Below, in pieces: positions 33,507 to 44,660 of a stretch of DNA of 64,000 nucleotides. The notes below the pieces were generated by a model. It worked only from the letters and a program-made list of their open reading frames with translations, did not search any database and had not been told where the DNA came from. Made by a program: the position numbers and the translations under genes. Numbering within the stretch: position 1 is the stretch's first letter; the number at the start of each line of letters is the position of its first letter. Origin of the DNA: an uncultured Nitrospinota bacterium. GTDB taxonomy: Bacteria > Tectomicrobia > Entotheonellia > J063 > CAVPRW01. Where the stretch lies: contig CAVPRW010000016.1 of the NCBI GenBank assembly GCA_963707985.1, positions 71,953 through 135,952 of the forward strand, given 5' to 3'.

Positions 33507-34104
33507 AGCAGGTCTATCCGGATACGTTACAAAGCTCGTCACGACCTCCCTTACGCTGGTGGGGAATTCCGCCGACTCACCTGCACCTCTCCTCAGCCTT
33601 TCCCTGCCACTGACCATCATGACGAAATTCTCGACGTATGAGGTCCGTATTTGGGCTATTATGCTGAAGAATTTACGTATCAGCAGCCCTAACGGACGAT
33701 GCGGTCTCCATCTCGCATAAGACCGTTGGGAGGGTCATGTGCACATGTGTCTCTATACTCAAGAGCTCGGCGTCACGGGAACCTTAGGGGCGCTTAGCCC
33801 GCCTGCTTTGGAGGCACCGTACCGTCCGAGCCCCTCACTCGCGCGAGCCGTGCATTGGCTGCGAATCCATCGAACGTGCGCGACCACGATAGCCCCATTC
33901 TGGGCCGGCGTCCTTCGGACACCACGCCCCGGGACGCTCACGTCAGGTCGCAACACGCTCTCGATCACGCGTGTAAGCTCCCCGCCGCCTTCCGGAGTAG
34001 GATCACCAACTTGATGACTACAACCCGAGGAACTTCGGGATCACTGGCCGCGTAGATGGCCCGTCCTGCGAGCACGGGTCGAGCGGCCATGCAAGGAGAT
34101 TGTC

Positions 34105-36192
34105 ATGCTTCTCCATCGAATCCTTTCCCGTTCGACTATCGCGCTGTTGGTGTTGACTGCGACCGCTTGCCCCAGCGCCAGGGGCGAGAGCAGAACGAGC
34201 CTTCGCGGCACCGTGGAAAGTGGCGGCATTGGCTTGGCGGCGTACGAGGTCTTGTTGTACGCCCGTTTTGTCGGACCCCTCGGCACGACAAGAGTCCTCG
34301 GTCGCGCCACCACGGATCTCGCCGGTAAGTTTAAGATCGACTACCAGCTGCCCCCCGGGCTGCCCTCGTCGTTGCAGCCGATGCTCTTCGTTCGCGCGGA
34401 ACGTGGCCCGGCCATGCTAGCGAGCGCAATCGGTCGGGCGCCGGTCGCCGGCCCCGTGGTCGTCAATGAGCGCACGACCATTGCGACCGGGTTCGCCTTC
34501 GCGCAGTTCGTGGACGGCTCCGCGATCGACGGCAACCAGTATGGCATGCTCAACGCCATCCGCATGGCCGCGAACATGGTCGACCCAAAAACGGGGACCG
34601 TGGCCGCCGTTCTGCGCCTACCTCCCAACGGTCCGGAAACGACGGCGCTGCGGACGTTCAATTCCCTGGCGAATATCGTTGCCTACTGCATCGCCACGCA
34701 CAGCGGCTGCGAAGCTCTGTTCATTGCGACCACGGTACCGGGTGGACCGCGCCCGACAACCGTCCTCCAAGCTGTGGCGAACATCGCCAAATACCCGTGG
34801 CTGAACGTCGCCGAGCTGTTCGATCTGTCTTTCAAGCGGCAGGCCTATGATCCTGCGCTGGCGCAGGATCAACCGCCGGATGCGTGGACCCTGTTCCTGA
34901 AATTCACCGGCAGCTTCTCCAGCGTTCAGGACGAGAACAATCTGCTGAATGGCCCCGGAGCATTTGCGATCGACCGGAAGGGGTTCCTCTGGGTGAACGA
35001 CAACTACATCCCGCAGCCACCGGACAAGCTCGCCTGCGCTGGCACACGCCTGCTGAAGTTCTATCCGTGGGGAGAGAATTTCCCCGGGTCGCCCTATTTC
35101 GGCGGCGGTCTCTCGGGGGCGGGCTTCGGCATCTCGATCGCGCCGAACGGCCTCATCTGGGTCGGCAATTTCGGCTTCGCGGGAACCGGCTGCCCGGAAC
35201 CCCCGGCGAACAGCGTTTCGGTGTTCCGGCCAGATGGAAAGGCGCTCTCACGGGACGACGGGCTCACGGCCGGCCCGATCTCCTGGCCACAGGCCACCGT
35301 GCCCGATCGCCAGGGGAATATCTGGATTGCCAACTGCGCCGCCGATTCCGTCACGCTCTATCCGAAGGGCCTGCCTCGCCAGGCGTTCGAGATCCCTATC
35401 CCGCCGCCCGTCGCCGCGAGCGCGGCGAAGATGAAGACGTTCGGTCTCGCGATCGATCATCAGGGGAATGCCTGGGCGACGGGATCCTTGAACAGCACGC
35501 TCGCCATCATCGGACCCCAAGGCCATGTAATCGACGTCATTCCGCCGGAAGGTTCACATGGCCGCACGCAACTCAGGCGCCCGATGGGCGTCGCCTCTGA
35601 CAGTCGGGGAAACATCTGGGTCGCGAACTCCGACTTCATGGATGTCCCCTGTCCGCCCGACATCCCGGATCTTGCCGCTGCCACCGCCCCCTCGATCGCG
35701 TTATTCCTCCGCCACCCTGATCGCACGCCTCATGCCGACTCACCGTTCACCGGTGGCGGCTTGACCATTCCTTGGGGGGTCGCGGTCGACGGGAACGATA
35801 CGATTTGGGTTGCCAATTTCGGCTTTCCGTTCGACTTGGCACATCCTGAAAACACGGCGGCGTGGGAAGCACCGAACCGGGTCAGCCACTTCTGCGGCGT
35901 TGCTACGTCTCAGTGTCCACCGACCAAGCGCGAGGTCGGCAAAGCCATTTCGCCGGATGGCACTGGCTATACGAGCGACGCCCTGGATCGCAATACGGGT
36001 ATCGCCATCGACCCGTCAGGCAATGTGTGGCTGGCCAATAATTGGAAGCCAACCCCGCTGATCAATAACCCCGGCGGCAATTCGATCGCGGTCCTCGTTG
36101 GCGTCGCCGCGCCGCTGGACACGCCACTGATCGGAACGCCGCAGTCGTTTGATCGGTGGCCGGCGGGCGGGCGAGGGACCCACGTTGATTGA
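34105..36192 (+). CDS. secreted NHL-repeat/beta-propeller protein
   Basis: N-terminal hydrophobic signal; repeated G[IV]A[IV]DxxG[NT][IV]W[IV]AN units. Confidence 0.85.
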   Translation: MLLHRILSRSTIALLVLTATACPSARGESRTSLRGTVESGGIGLAAYEVLLYARFVGPLGTTRVLGRATTDLAGKFKIDYQLPPGLPSSLQPMLFVRAERGPAMLASAIGRAPVAGPVVVNERTTIATGFAFAQFVDGSAIDGNQYGMLNAIRMAANMVDPKTGTVAAVLRLPPNGPETTALRTFNSLANIVAYCIATHSGCEALFIATTVPGGPRPTTVLQAVANIAKYPWLNVAELFDLSFKRQAYDPALAQDQPPDAWTLFLKFTGSFSSVQDENNLLNGPGAFAIDRKGFLWVNDNYIPQPPDKLACAGTRLLKFYPWGENFPGSPYFGGGLSGAGFGISIAPNGLIWVGNFGFAGTGCPEPPANSVSVFRPDGKALSRDDGLTAGPISWPQATVPDRQGNIWIANCAADSVTLYPKGLPRQAFEIPIPPPVAASAAKMKTFGLAIDHQGNAWATGSLNSTLAIIGPQGHVIDVIPPEGSHGRTQLRRPMGVASDSRGNIWVANSDFMDVPCPPDIPDLAAATAPSIALFLRHPDRTPHADSPFTGGGLTIPWGVAVDGNDTIWVANFGFPFDLAHPENTAAWEAPNRVSHFCGVATSQCPPTKREVGKAISPDGTGYTSDALDRNTGIAIDPSGNVWLANNWKPTPLINNPGGNSIAVLVGVAAPLDTPLIGTPQSFDRWPAGGRGTHVD

Positions 36193-36243
36193 TCGCCGCT
36201 TTCACGGACTCATGCGTGCTGCGGTCTTCCCCCCGTACACCTA

Positions 36244-36284
36244 AGGCGACGCTGATCAGGTGCCGTTCTTGATCAGCGTCGCCT
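36244..36284. terminator. long perfect hairpin after the NHL gene
   Basis: AGGCGACGCTGATCA / TGATCAGCGTCGCCT, 15-bp stem, 11-nt loop; no U-tract. Confidence 0.55.
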
Positions 36285-36393
36285 CTGAATTCGGGGGGTT
36301 ACTGCGACTCCCAGTGCATGCGCGAAAAAGCGCGGTGGAGCAAAGTGCGTGACGACAGACGCTGTTGGGTAAGTCAAACCCGCCGATGTCGAG

Positions 36394-37076
36394 GTGATAC
36401 ACCGGAGGCGGGTCGCCCCTATCCAGGACGCCGTGCGGCAGGAGATCGATCGCCTCAAGGCTCTCTATGACGGCTTCCACTACCGGGAGCTGGCGCGCAT
36501 CCTGTTCATCACCTGTGGCACGCCGATCGACCACAAGACAGTCAAGACGCTCTGGCAGGCGAGTCCCGTCGCCTGTCAGGGGCACCTGGCGCTGTGGGAC
36601 GACCACGCGCATCCCGACCGCTATCAGGCCCCGCTGCAGGTCATCCAGCTCTATAATCGCGGGCGGGATACGATCAGTATCAGTCGCGTCTTGCACGTGT
36701 CTCGACCCACGGTCGATGCGTGAATCCAACGCTTCGAGACCGAACACTTCGCCAGCCTGGGGGACCGCAGCCGCGTGCCTCATGCCCCCGTCCGCACGAT
36801 GTGGCTACCATTGATGGCCCAGGTCATCTCCAGAAGTCCCACCCGGATGCCGGGGAGTTCCGGATTTGGAGCCTGCTAGCCCGGTCGGATGTCTCAGTGC
36901 GCACGATCGGGCGGGTCATAGCGCTAAACAAGCTCCTCTATGACGATATCCCCCACGTCCCCAAGCGAGGCGTGACGCAGGCCGATGGGCCTCACCCGTA
37001 CAACGCCTCGCATCGACATCAGTACTGGTGTATTGACGGGCGTCGGATGGACGTTGCGGTGGAGGGGGTGCGGTGA
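36394..37076 (+). mobile_element. transposase remnant (HTH + start of integrase core, IS481-like)
   Basis: ISRVLHVSRPTVDA*IQRF, L.DRSR.P, SVRTIGRV, QYWCIDGR; stop and frameshift. Confidence 0.7.
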
Positions 37077-37240
37077 GCGCCCCGTGTCGCCTCCAACATG
37101 CGATGGACCTCCTGGGGAGAATGCTGCGGTGGGTGACCATCGATGATGGTCACCCGGAGGCGATGACGACCGGCCCCGGGTTGTGCTCCGAGCCATTGCA
37201 AGTAGCCATCTTCATAAATGGCTTCATAGGTTTTGGACAT
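37077..37240 (-). pseudogene. AF2212/DUF104-like antitoxin, 3'-truncated
   Basis: MSKTYEAIYEDGYLQWL; GGAGG RBS; runs into the transposase remnant. Confidence 0.55.
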
Positions 37241-37407
37241 GGATGACCCTCCTTGGCCCTGGGCACATCATGACCTCACGTAAGTCAGCGTCTGGTGAAC
37301 ACATCGCATCATGCTGCGTCGCGATCACAGTAGCTCAGCAATCCACCCAGGCACGCCCGTCGCCTGACCTGACCACTGTGGCTCCCAGAGTCTGAAGCGG
37401 GTGCAAT

Positions 37408-38135
37408 CAGTTAGTTGTCGAGGCCTTGGTGATTCCGCTCGGCATGATCATGCACCAGATACTGCCGGACCACATACGACAGCGACCGCTCGCCCAGTAT
37501 GCGTATATGATCGAGGGCTTCCGCCTTGATGGAGCGCACAAACCGTTCACCGTGGGCGTTGAGATGGGGACTCCGTGGTGGCAAGACGATGGGTTCCACG
37601 CCACTGTCCTTCAGCAGCGCATCGAACATGTGTGTAAATTTGGTGTCCCTATCGTGCAACAGAGACCGTTTGCCCAGCAGAAATCCGTCCACAGGATCCG
37701 TCAGTTGCCGGGCGCATGGCTGCATGAAAGCCATGGTGGGATGCGGGGTCATCCCGGCCATCTGTACGCGCCGTGTGGCCAGTTCCATGACGACAAGCAC
37801 ATCATACGTCACGAGGCCGTACCAGGTGGCGACCTCGACCGCGAAGCAATCAGTCGCGGCGAGCACCTCCCCATGTGTCTGGAGGAACGGCGTCCACCTT
37901 ATGCCCGACGTCCGTCGTTGCGGGGCCGGCTCTATATGGTGACGGCTGGTGACGGCCCAGGATATTCCGGACGGTGATCGGGTCGATGGAATACCCCAGC
38001 TGGGCCAGGGCACCCTAAATCCGTCGATAACCCCATGTGGCATTCTCCTCAGCCATCCGGACCACGAGATGTTCGATCTCCTCAGTGACCCGCGGGCGCC
38101 CGAGCGGTCGGCGATGCCAGCTCCCGTCGAGGGAC
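37408..38135 (-). mobile_element. integrase-core (rve) transposase remnant
   Basis: GRPR, EN.TWGYRRI*G, AATDCF.VEV, HDRDTKF, PRSPHLNAHGERFVRSIK, ERNHQGL. Confidence 0.88.
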
Positions 38136-38497
38136 CGATGGCCCGCTTCACCGCTCCCGATCCCCTGCTGGCCTTGCTGAGCTCCTTCTGATGATGCCGC
38201 GCTGCTGCGTTCTGGTATGCGCTTGCTGGGTCAGCCACATGTTCGCGATGGAGGTCAGGCCAGCGACAGCCGACCCGGCCAGCGCGACAAAACCAGAGAG
38301 GTATATGGCATCCATAGTGTTCCCTTACCTGGGAGAACAGTCGGGTGCTGGGTATGGACCCTCCACCACACCACGAGTGTAGGGGCAGGGCTGTGATGTT
38401 CCCGGGCCATGACACCTCATCCGCAATCCGTGTAATCGTTTCCATCGCCACCGGGTCCATCTCTTCCGTATCGATATTATCAACGCCCTCGGAAGAC

Positions 38498-38944
38498 CTA
38501 TACTGCCTCAGGGGCATCCCGCAGCGGGTTTTCCCAGCGCAGGCCTGGAAACCGGGCGAAGTCACTATCGCTGCTGCACAGTATGAGCCCATGCTCGATG
38601 GATAAGGCCGCCAGATGCGCATCCGCCACGAGATTTGCCATCACGCTGGTTGACTGCAGCAACTGGCTCAGAATGGCTGCATGTCGCTCGGTCGGGCCGG
38701 GGGTCCAGACGGTGGGCAGGGCCAACCATTCCTGGACTTGGCCCCAGGCCTGGGCCATACTGAGGGGCGTCTCGAAGAGGCGAGGATTCGTAATGATACG
38801 CAGAAATGCCAGTAGGCTCGGCCATGGGAGGCCGACTCGACCAGGCGCGTTCAGGCGTGCTTCAAGCCACCCGTGTGCCCGGCGATGCTGCGGATAATTG
38901 GCCACCTTCGCGTATAGCAAGAGATTGGCATCGATTAAGATCAT
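38498..38944 (-). CDS. vapC: VapC family PIN toxin
   Basis: ILIDANLLLYA, FLRIITNPR, NLVADAHLAALSIEHG, SSDSDFARFPGL. Confidence 0.93.
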   Translation of the reverse strand: MILIDANLLLYAKVANYPQHRRAHGWLEARLNAPGRVGLPWPSLLAFLRIITNPRLFETPLSMAQAWGQVQEWLALPTVWTPGPTERHAAILSQLLQSTSVMANLVADAHLAALSIEHGLILCSSDSDFARFPGLRWENPLRDAPEAV

Positions 38945-39189
38945 CGATAGCCTTCACCCTCAGAGACTGCGAGAATGTCCGCAATATTATCGAGGTCGGG
39001 GAGGCGTGGGCCCAGGGCAACCGGCTCAAGATGGTAGGGTGAGCGTGCAGCGGAGGGCGGCGCCTCTAACTGATCCAGGCCGGTCCGTAACGCCGTGTTG
39101 ACCACGTCTTTGAAGGTCCGACCGCTTTGTTGTTGCAAGCGAGTGAGGCGGATGGCGACATCATCGTCGAGTGTCAGCGTCGTGCGCAT
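38941..39189 (-). CDS. ribbon-helix-helix (VapB-like) antitoxin
   Basis: MRTTLTLDDDV...FKDVVNTALRTGL; ATGA overlap. Confidence 0.88.
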   Translation of the reverse strand: MRTTLTLDDDVAIRLTRLQQQSGRTFKDVVNTALRTGLDQLEAPPSAARSPYHLEPVALGPRLPDLDNIADILAVSEGEGYR

Positions 39190-39320
39190 GCATCGTAATA
39201 TACACATCAAGACATCAACATGCAAGTGCACGCAGTTTTAGGTCGTGTTGTGGTCCGCAATAATTGCATCGTTGTGCTCCGCAAAAATTCTATCTTCACG
39301 AGGAGCTTGGTCCGAAATAT

Positions 39321-39429
39321 GGTCCTGTCGCAAAGTTCGATTTTGGGGCCAAATTCCAAAATCGGGTGCCAGAAATTCAATGGCTTACAGATGCCAACAC
39401 TCTCGAAAAAGCAACTTTGCGACAGAACC
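39321..39429. mobile_element. 109-bp MITE with IS6-family-like ends
   Basis: GGTCCTGTCGCAAAGTT ... AACTTTGCGACAGAACC (16/17 IR); no coding capacity. Confidence 0.75.
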
Positions 39430-41295
39430 CAGTCGGGTACCCGCGAGGCAGTCATAGAAGTTCGCTGGGAGGAGGACCCTGACAAGTTCTACATCCGCCT
39501 GATGGACTCCCTGCTCAGCAACCGCAGCTTTCGCGGGACGTCTCCCGACGACTACGTTCGCTACAGCCATGACGACCGCCCCCTGCAACAGATGGCTGCG
39601 GAATTCCAGGCATACTACCGAAAGAGTCACCCGGATCGCAAAGAGGGCCGGCTGGTGAAGTTGAAGTTTTCCGCGTCCTATAACCCTGACACAGAGTCAT
39701 TCACCCACAAGAGTCTGTCTTTGGTTGTGGAAACTGCAGCTAGGACTCCATCCAAGAAGTCGACACCTGCCGCCGCAACCCCGAGCCCTGCGAGGCAATC
39801 GCGCTTTGCATCCGATCCAGCAGCCAAGGTCACGTTCAATCTCCTCGTGTCGATGCTGTCGCAGTACTACAAGTCCTGCACCGAGGGTGGGTACGGACCC
39901 CCTCCCGGTAAAGTGGCCACCAGCCAGTGCCCTAAAGCTGGACCAGGGTTCCATGTCACTCTGGAGTTTAACGGCAAGACAGTCTCTCCCGCCGCCATGG
40001 AACCCTACACGATCAAGGAACGCGCTCGCGGGCAAGTTTCCGAAGAGCAGATCGCGCGCCAGGTCTCGGAAACTTTCGAGCAACTGGTTCCATTTGCTCC
40101 CTCCCGGCGGGAAGTTGAATATTGCTTCAAGGAAGACGGTAGTTTGGAAGTGCGATTTGCACGGGCTGTGCCGATCCCTGCGCCGCCGCCGGTGCAGGCG
40201 TCACCGCCTCGGAAGCAGCTCTCGGCGAGCGAGGAATTTGAGAGAGCGACGGGTGTGAAGGATCCGCGCAAGATCAACCTGGCCTTTCAGCAAATCATCA
40301 TCAACTCGCTTCCTGAGGCCGATCCCACCTCGCTCAAGAACCGGCCTTTCACCATCGGCAGCATCATCGTTCCATGGGCAGGAATGAAAATGATCTATCG
40401 CTACGACTCGTTCGGCAACCTGATCACAATCGAGCGACTGGCGGCGGAGGAAGAGGAACTGGCCGGTGCCGCCAACGAGATCCGGGTAACAACAACGGCC
40501 GGTGACGAATTCCGAATAGAAACAATTGCAGACGTGCCCACACCCCCCGTGAAGCTCACGCCGGCAGCGCCACCAACCAAGCCGGCGACACCGGACGTGA
40601 TCACGCTGGCCAAGCCAACCCCGACTCCCAATCCCGACTATTCCGTCAGCCCAGTACAGACAGTGGAAGATTATCTGAAGTCCGGGAAAGGAATCACATA
40701 CGGGCGCAAGATCCCGGCCCCTGACCCAAAAGTTACGGCCGCGCCGAAGCACGAGGGTCCTCTGCCTGAAGGATACGGCGACGTGTACGAGCAAACTGGC
40801 ATAAACCCCAGCACGACTCCCGGAGGCCGTCGGCAAACGGTTGTGACTGAGGTAGGAAAATGGACCGATAAAAATGCCGAACTCCTCCAGACCAACCCCG
40901 ACATATTAAAGCGTTTAGCCAAGAAAACAGGCAGCGAGAACGTCTTCAACAAGAAATTGCCGAATCCAGAGGAACTCACCCCTGAGTACGAGGTTCCTCA
41001 TGAGTACTATTCGGCCCGTGGCAAACCCCGGATTGACCGGCTCTGGCGCAAGGGAAAAACCATCATCGAAATCAAACCCAACACCGAATCAGCCCTGCGC
41101 GGGAAGCCCCAGGCTCAGCAGTACGCCGAGTGGATGGACGCGTATGAACCGCTGCCGAACGGTGAAAAGTGGAAGTGGGAAGTCTACGAGTACGATCAGA
41201 CCCCCATGGTCGAATTCCTGAGGGACATCGGCGTATTGCCGGGTAGAAAGCTAGTCTCTCCTAGCGGCAACATCACACCTATACCGAAACCCTGA
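39430..41295 (+). CDS. polymorphic-toxin-like protein with C-terminal PD-(D/E)xK nuclease; probably 5'-truncated
   Basis: Long ORF with Pro/Thr-rich linkers; RIDRL...IIEIKP...G..QAQQY at the C-terminus; upstream frame runs through the MITE. Confidence 0.65.
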   Translation, partial: QSGTREAVIEVRWEEDPDKFYIRLMDSLLSNRSFRGTSPDDYVRYSHDDRPLQQMAAEFQAYYRKSHPDRKEGRLVKLKFSASYNPDTESFTHKSLSLVVETAARTPSKKSTPAAATPSPARQSRFASDPAAKVTFNLLVSMLSQYYKSCTEGGYGPPPGKVATSQCPKAGPGFHVTLEFNGKTVSPAAMEPYTIKERARGQVSEEQIARQVSETFEQLVPFAPSRREVEYCFKEDGSLEVRFARAVPIPAPPPVQASPPRKQLSASEEFERATGVKDPRKINLAFQQIIINSLPEADPTSLKNRPFTIGSIIVPWAGMKMIYRYDSFGNLITIERLAAEEEELAGAANEIRVTTTAGDEFRIETIADVPTPPVKLTPAAPPTKPATPDVITLAKPTPTPNPDYSVSPVQTVEDYLKSGKGITYGRKIPAPDPKVTAAPKHEGPLPEGYGDVYEQTGINPSTTPGGRRQTVVTEVGKWTDKNAELLQTNPDILKRLAKKTGSENVFNKKLPNPEELTPEYEVPHEYYSARGKPRIDRLWRKGKTIIEIKPNTESALRGKPQAQQYAEWMDAYEPLPNGEKWKWEVYEYDQTPMVEFLRDIGVLPGRKLVSPSGNITPIPKP

Positions 41296-41399
41296 ATCTC
41301 TTCTGTAATGCGGCCTGGGCAGACGGCCCAGCTTGCCGACTACGACAGATAATAGGGTCAGGTCGTGAAGAATCAGTTTGAATCCGCTATCCTGTCGTC

Positions 41400-41790
41400 A
41401 TGAGTCGCCCATGGCGCCTAACTTGTCCCGGTGCCATCTATCATATGACCAGCCGTGGAAATGCCCAGGCCGCCATCTACGGCGATGACGCGGACCGCCG
41501 GGCCTTTTGGACCTTATGGCGTAGATCCTCCAGCGGTATCACTGGTTATGCCACGCCTACTGCCTCATGGATAACCATTATCATCTGTTGATCGAAACCC
41601 CGGAGGGGCATCTGGCCCAGGGGATTAGGCAGCTTAATGGGGTCAATACGCAGCAGGCCAACCGGCGCCAGGGTCAGGTGGGGCATGGGTTTCAAGGACG
41701 GTACACAGCCATTCTGGTTGAAAAGGACCGTTACCTGTTGGAGTTGTGCCGCTACGTGGTGCTCAATCCGGTTCGGGCTGGGATGGTTCG
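41400..41790 (+). mobile_element. REP-associated tyrosine transposase (RAYT/Y1) pseudogene; further fragments at ~41803-41895 and ~42620-42760
   Basis: YHMTSRGN, AYCLMDNHYHLL (HUH), FQGRY, RYVVLNPVRAG. Confidence 0.88.
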
Positions 41791-42022
41791 GTCTGGTCAT
41801 GGCCAGGTGCCATGTATCATACGAGCAGCTGTGGGAACGCCCGCGCCACCATCTACGTCGATGCCGCAAATCATGCGACCTTTCTCATCCTGTTTCTCGG
41901 GCGGGACAAGGCGACCTTGGTCGACCAAGAGAGAGCTTCTTCGGCCTTGTCAACCCGGAGAAGGCTGCAGAGATTATCGTCCCATGTGCCTATCGTCCCG
42001 GTAGCAGAGACCGTCCACAGCC

Positions 42023-42480
42023 ATGGCCGCATAGCCCAATGGTGAACGTGCACGCATACCGATGGAACAGTGAACTGACTACGGCCTGCATCCAGCTCTT
42101 CCGCGTGGCAAAGACAAGGCATGGGTGTGTGCGGCGATCCTGGGTATCACTCGCGACCGCGCCAACGGACGCGCCGCCCTTGTGCGGCAATCGGCTATGG
42201 AGGAAGACCTCACCACAGAAGGCATGATCGTCTTTGGGCGATATTCCCCCGTGGATTAGGGTCTCCCGACGCGAGGAAACGCGGTGTTGCGCACTATGTG
42301 GGCAATGGCACCGGGAGAAGTTCCACGCCTGATGTCTGCCTTCAGGCAGTCATGCAAGGATGCGCCTATGGGACACCCCAAACCTTTTGATGTCGTGGCC
42401 TTGTTACAGCCCATCATGCCTGAGTCGCTGCACCTGACTGAGGAGTGCTACGATCTCGCTGCTGGGACCGCCGTCGAGGG
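42023..42480 (+). pseudogene. second, decayed DUF6883/DUF4926-like pair
   Basis: PNGERARIPMEQ*TDYGLHP..PRGKDKA...LRTMW...PRLMSAF then MGHPKPFDVVALL at 42368. Confidence 0.7.
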
Positions 42481-42918
42481 CCTTGATGCGCCTGGTAGAA
42501 TGTAGCGACGCCTGAGGATGCGACTACGCCTTCGCCTTTGCAACGGTGCCTGCTGCGATCTTGCTCACATTATGCCGTGAACCGATGTCGGCAATCAGCC
42601 CTGACGAAAGGGGAGGGCCGTGGCCGAAGTCGTCCCGCACGTACGCAGGCAGATTCTGCTGGGAGAGGATGCTTTTCTCGGGCATCTTCAGGCTTTGAAG
42701 CAGACCCAGGACGTACGCGAAGTGCCAAGGGCCCAGCAGTTTGTGTATCGGCCCCCAGGGGTGGCGCAGCGCTGCTCGTGCTGGACAAGCCCCGCAGGAC
42801 GGGGTAAGGTTGGTCAGACCAGGGTTGCTCGGGGGGACTGACTGGGGGCAATGTTTGGCCCGTGCTGGGGACGCATCATACCACAAAGTAGACAAAAAAC
42901 TGCCAGGAGGATAGCCAT

Positions 42919-43341
42919 ATGGCTGCGGTGCTCGAATTACCCGAGATGGAACACTGTTTGAGGAAGCAGGAAAATGGCCAAGGCAACGATACCGCTTCAG
43001 AACTCACCTTGCCCACTGTGGCTAGTGCTGGACAGACCCCACCAGCCGAAGACTTCGACCCGGAAGTGGACACCTTTCTGGAGCGCTACCCGTTCTTGCG
43101 CCCCATGCTGCAGGAGTCCCTAGACCCGCTCAGGAAGATTTTTGGCGAGACAGCAACCCTGGCGGTCTACGTCGAGACGGACCCCGAAGTAGACGATTGG
43201 GAGTATCTCGTCATCGCGTTACGGACGACATTCCCGGCAGATCAAGCCCAGGAACAGCTTGATGCCTTTGGCGCTGCCTGGTGGCTGGAGCAACTCCCAC
43301 GCGCCAAGGGTAAACTGCTCTTCACCCTCGAATTTGTATGA
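42919..43341 (+). CDS. acidic partner protein of HEPN (putative antitoxin)
   Basis: GGAGG RBS; ATGA overlap with HEPN; LDAF..AWWL...KL.F.LEF terminus. Confidence 0.65.
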   Translation: MAAVLELPEMEHCLRKQENGQGNDTASELTLPTVASAGQTPPAEDFDPEVDTFLERYPFLRPMLQESLDPLRKIFGETATLAVYVETDPEVDDWEYLVIALRTTFPADQAQEQLDAFGAAWWLEQLPRAKGKLLFTLEFV

Positions 43342-43730
43342 GTTTTGCCTGGGCTGAATACCTGACATTGGCTGAGGCTCTCTTTCATACGAGGGCAACA
43401 TTTGCTGACGAGGAGGCATGCTGCCGAGCAGCCATCAGCCGGGCATACTATGCCGCGTTTTGTACAGCCCGCAATCACGCCCGCGATAACGAGGGTCTCA
43501 CACTGCCTAGGAGCGACAGAGGCCGTGTGCATCAAGTTGTCATCGACTACTACAATCAACATTCACATAGACAACACAGAGTCGTTGGCTGGAATCTGAG
43601 TCAACTGCGCCACCGGCGCAACCAAGTCGACTATGATGACCCAAACATGCAGCGGGTAGATGTGGTCACCCGGCACGCCTTGAACCAAGCACGTCAAGTT
43701 TTTACGGCATTACGACAGCTCAGCCCCTAG
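43338..43730 (+). CDS. HEPN domain protein
   Basis: RAAISRAYYAAF, H..V, LRHRRNQVDY. Confidence 0.82.
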   Translation: MSFAWAEYLTLAEALFHTRATFADEEACCRAAISRAYYAAFCTARNHARDNEGLTLPRSDRGRVHQVVIDYYNQHSHRQHRVVGWNLSQLRHRRNQVDYDDPNMQRVDVVTRHALNQARQVFTALRQLSP

Positions 43731-43847
43731 CGCTCTTGCTTGGGTTTCCTTCCACCCTAGCCGTTTGCAGGGCGATCAGTGGTGAACAGCAATGTGATAC
43801 AAGTGACAGGGTCATTCGGGGCAGACCACGATATTCTGCGTTACACG

Positions 43848-43893
43848 GCCTAACTTCACGGTGCAGTGGACAGCGCAAAAAGCCGCGCCGCCG
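43848..43893 (+). other. left part of an attC-like site
   Basis: GCCTAAC-n7-TGCAGTGGACAGCGCAAAAAGCCGCGCCGCC, then a break into a PIN fragment. Confidence 0.55.
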
Positions 43894-44169
43894 CACGTGT
43901 TTGAGCGTCCGACGCCCCTGGCGGTGGCGCTGGATGTCGTCCATCAGATCCGCGGTCAACCACACGCGGTTCCCATCAGGCCTGGTCCCCGGCACTGGAC
44001 CATTTTCGAGAAGCTTCTGCGCACAAGTGACGCTACAGGGAACCTCGTTCCAGATGTCTACCACGCGGCACTGGCAATCGAGTCGGGTTGCGACTGGATC
44101 ACGACCGACAAGGGATTTTTAGGATTCGCCGGATTGCGCGCCCGCCATCCACTCCGAAAAGCCCTGTAA
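43891..44169 (+). pseudogene. VapC/PIN C-terminal fragment
   Basis: PGPRHW.IF...GNLVPD.YHAALAIESGC.WITTD..F..F.GL. Confidence 0.8.
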
Positions 44170-44173
44170 GCCG

Positions 44174-44660
44174 ATGCCGAGAAAAGCAAGATTCTACCTT
44201 CCGCACATTCTCGCCCACCTCATGCCACGAGGCCATAACCGGGAACCGGTGTTTTTCGAGGCGCAGGATTATCTCGAGTACCTGAAGATCTTGAAACGGG
44301 TTTCGGATGCCTGTCACTGTGCCATCTATGCCTACGTGTTGATGACCAACCATATCCACCTCCTACTGACACCTGAGGCCGGAGATGCGATTAGCCGGCT
44401 GTTTCAGGAATGCGGTCGCCAGTACGTCGGGTACATCAATCACACCTACCGTCGACGCGGCACGTGATGGGAAGGACGCCACAAGGGGATCATCGTCGAA
44501 TCAACCGCCTCTGTGTTGACCTGTATGCGCTATATCGAGTTGAATCCGGTGCGAGCGGCTATCGTCGCACGGCCCGAAGACTATCGCTGGTCGAGTGATG
44601 CTGCTAACGCCTTGGGGGAGAACAACTGCATCGGCAGCCCGCACGATGAGTTGTGCACTT
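44174..44660 (+). mobile_element. second RAYT/Y1 transposase pseudogene
   Basis: RGHNR, AYVLMTNHIHLL, GT*WEGR, RYIELNPVRA, YRWSS. Confidence 0.88.

Noticed and set aside
39220..39429. ORF-track start of the 691-aa protein
   Set aside because: This stretch is AT-rich spacer plus a MITE that happens to be open in frame.
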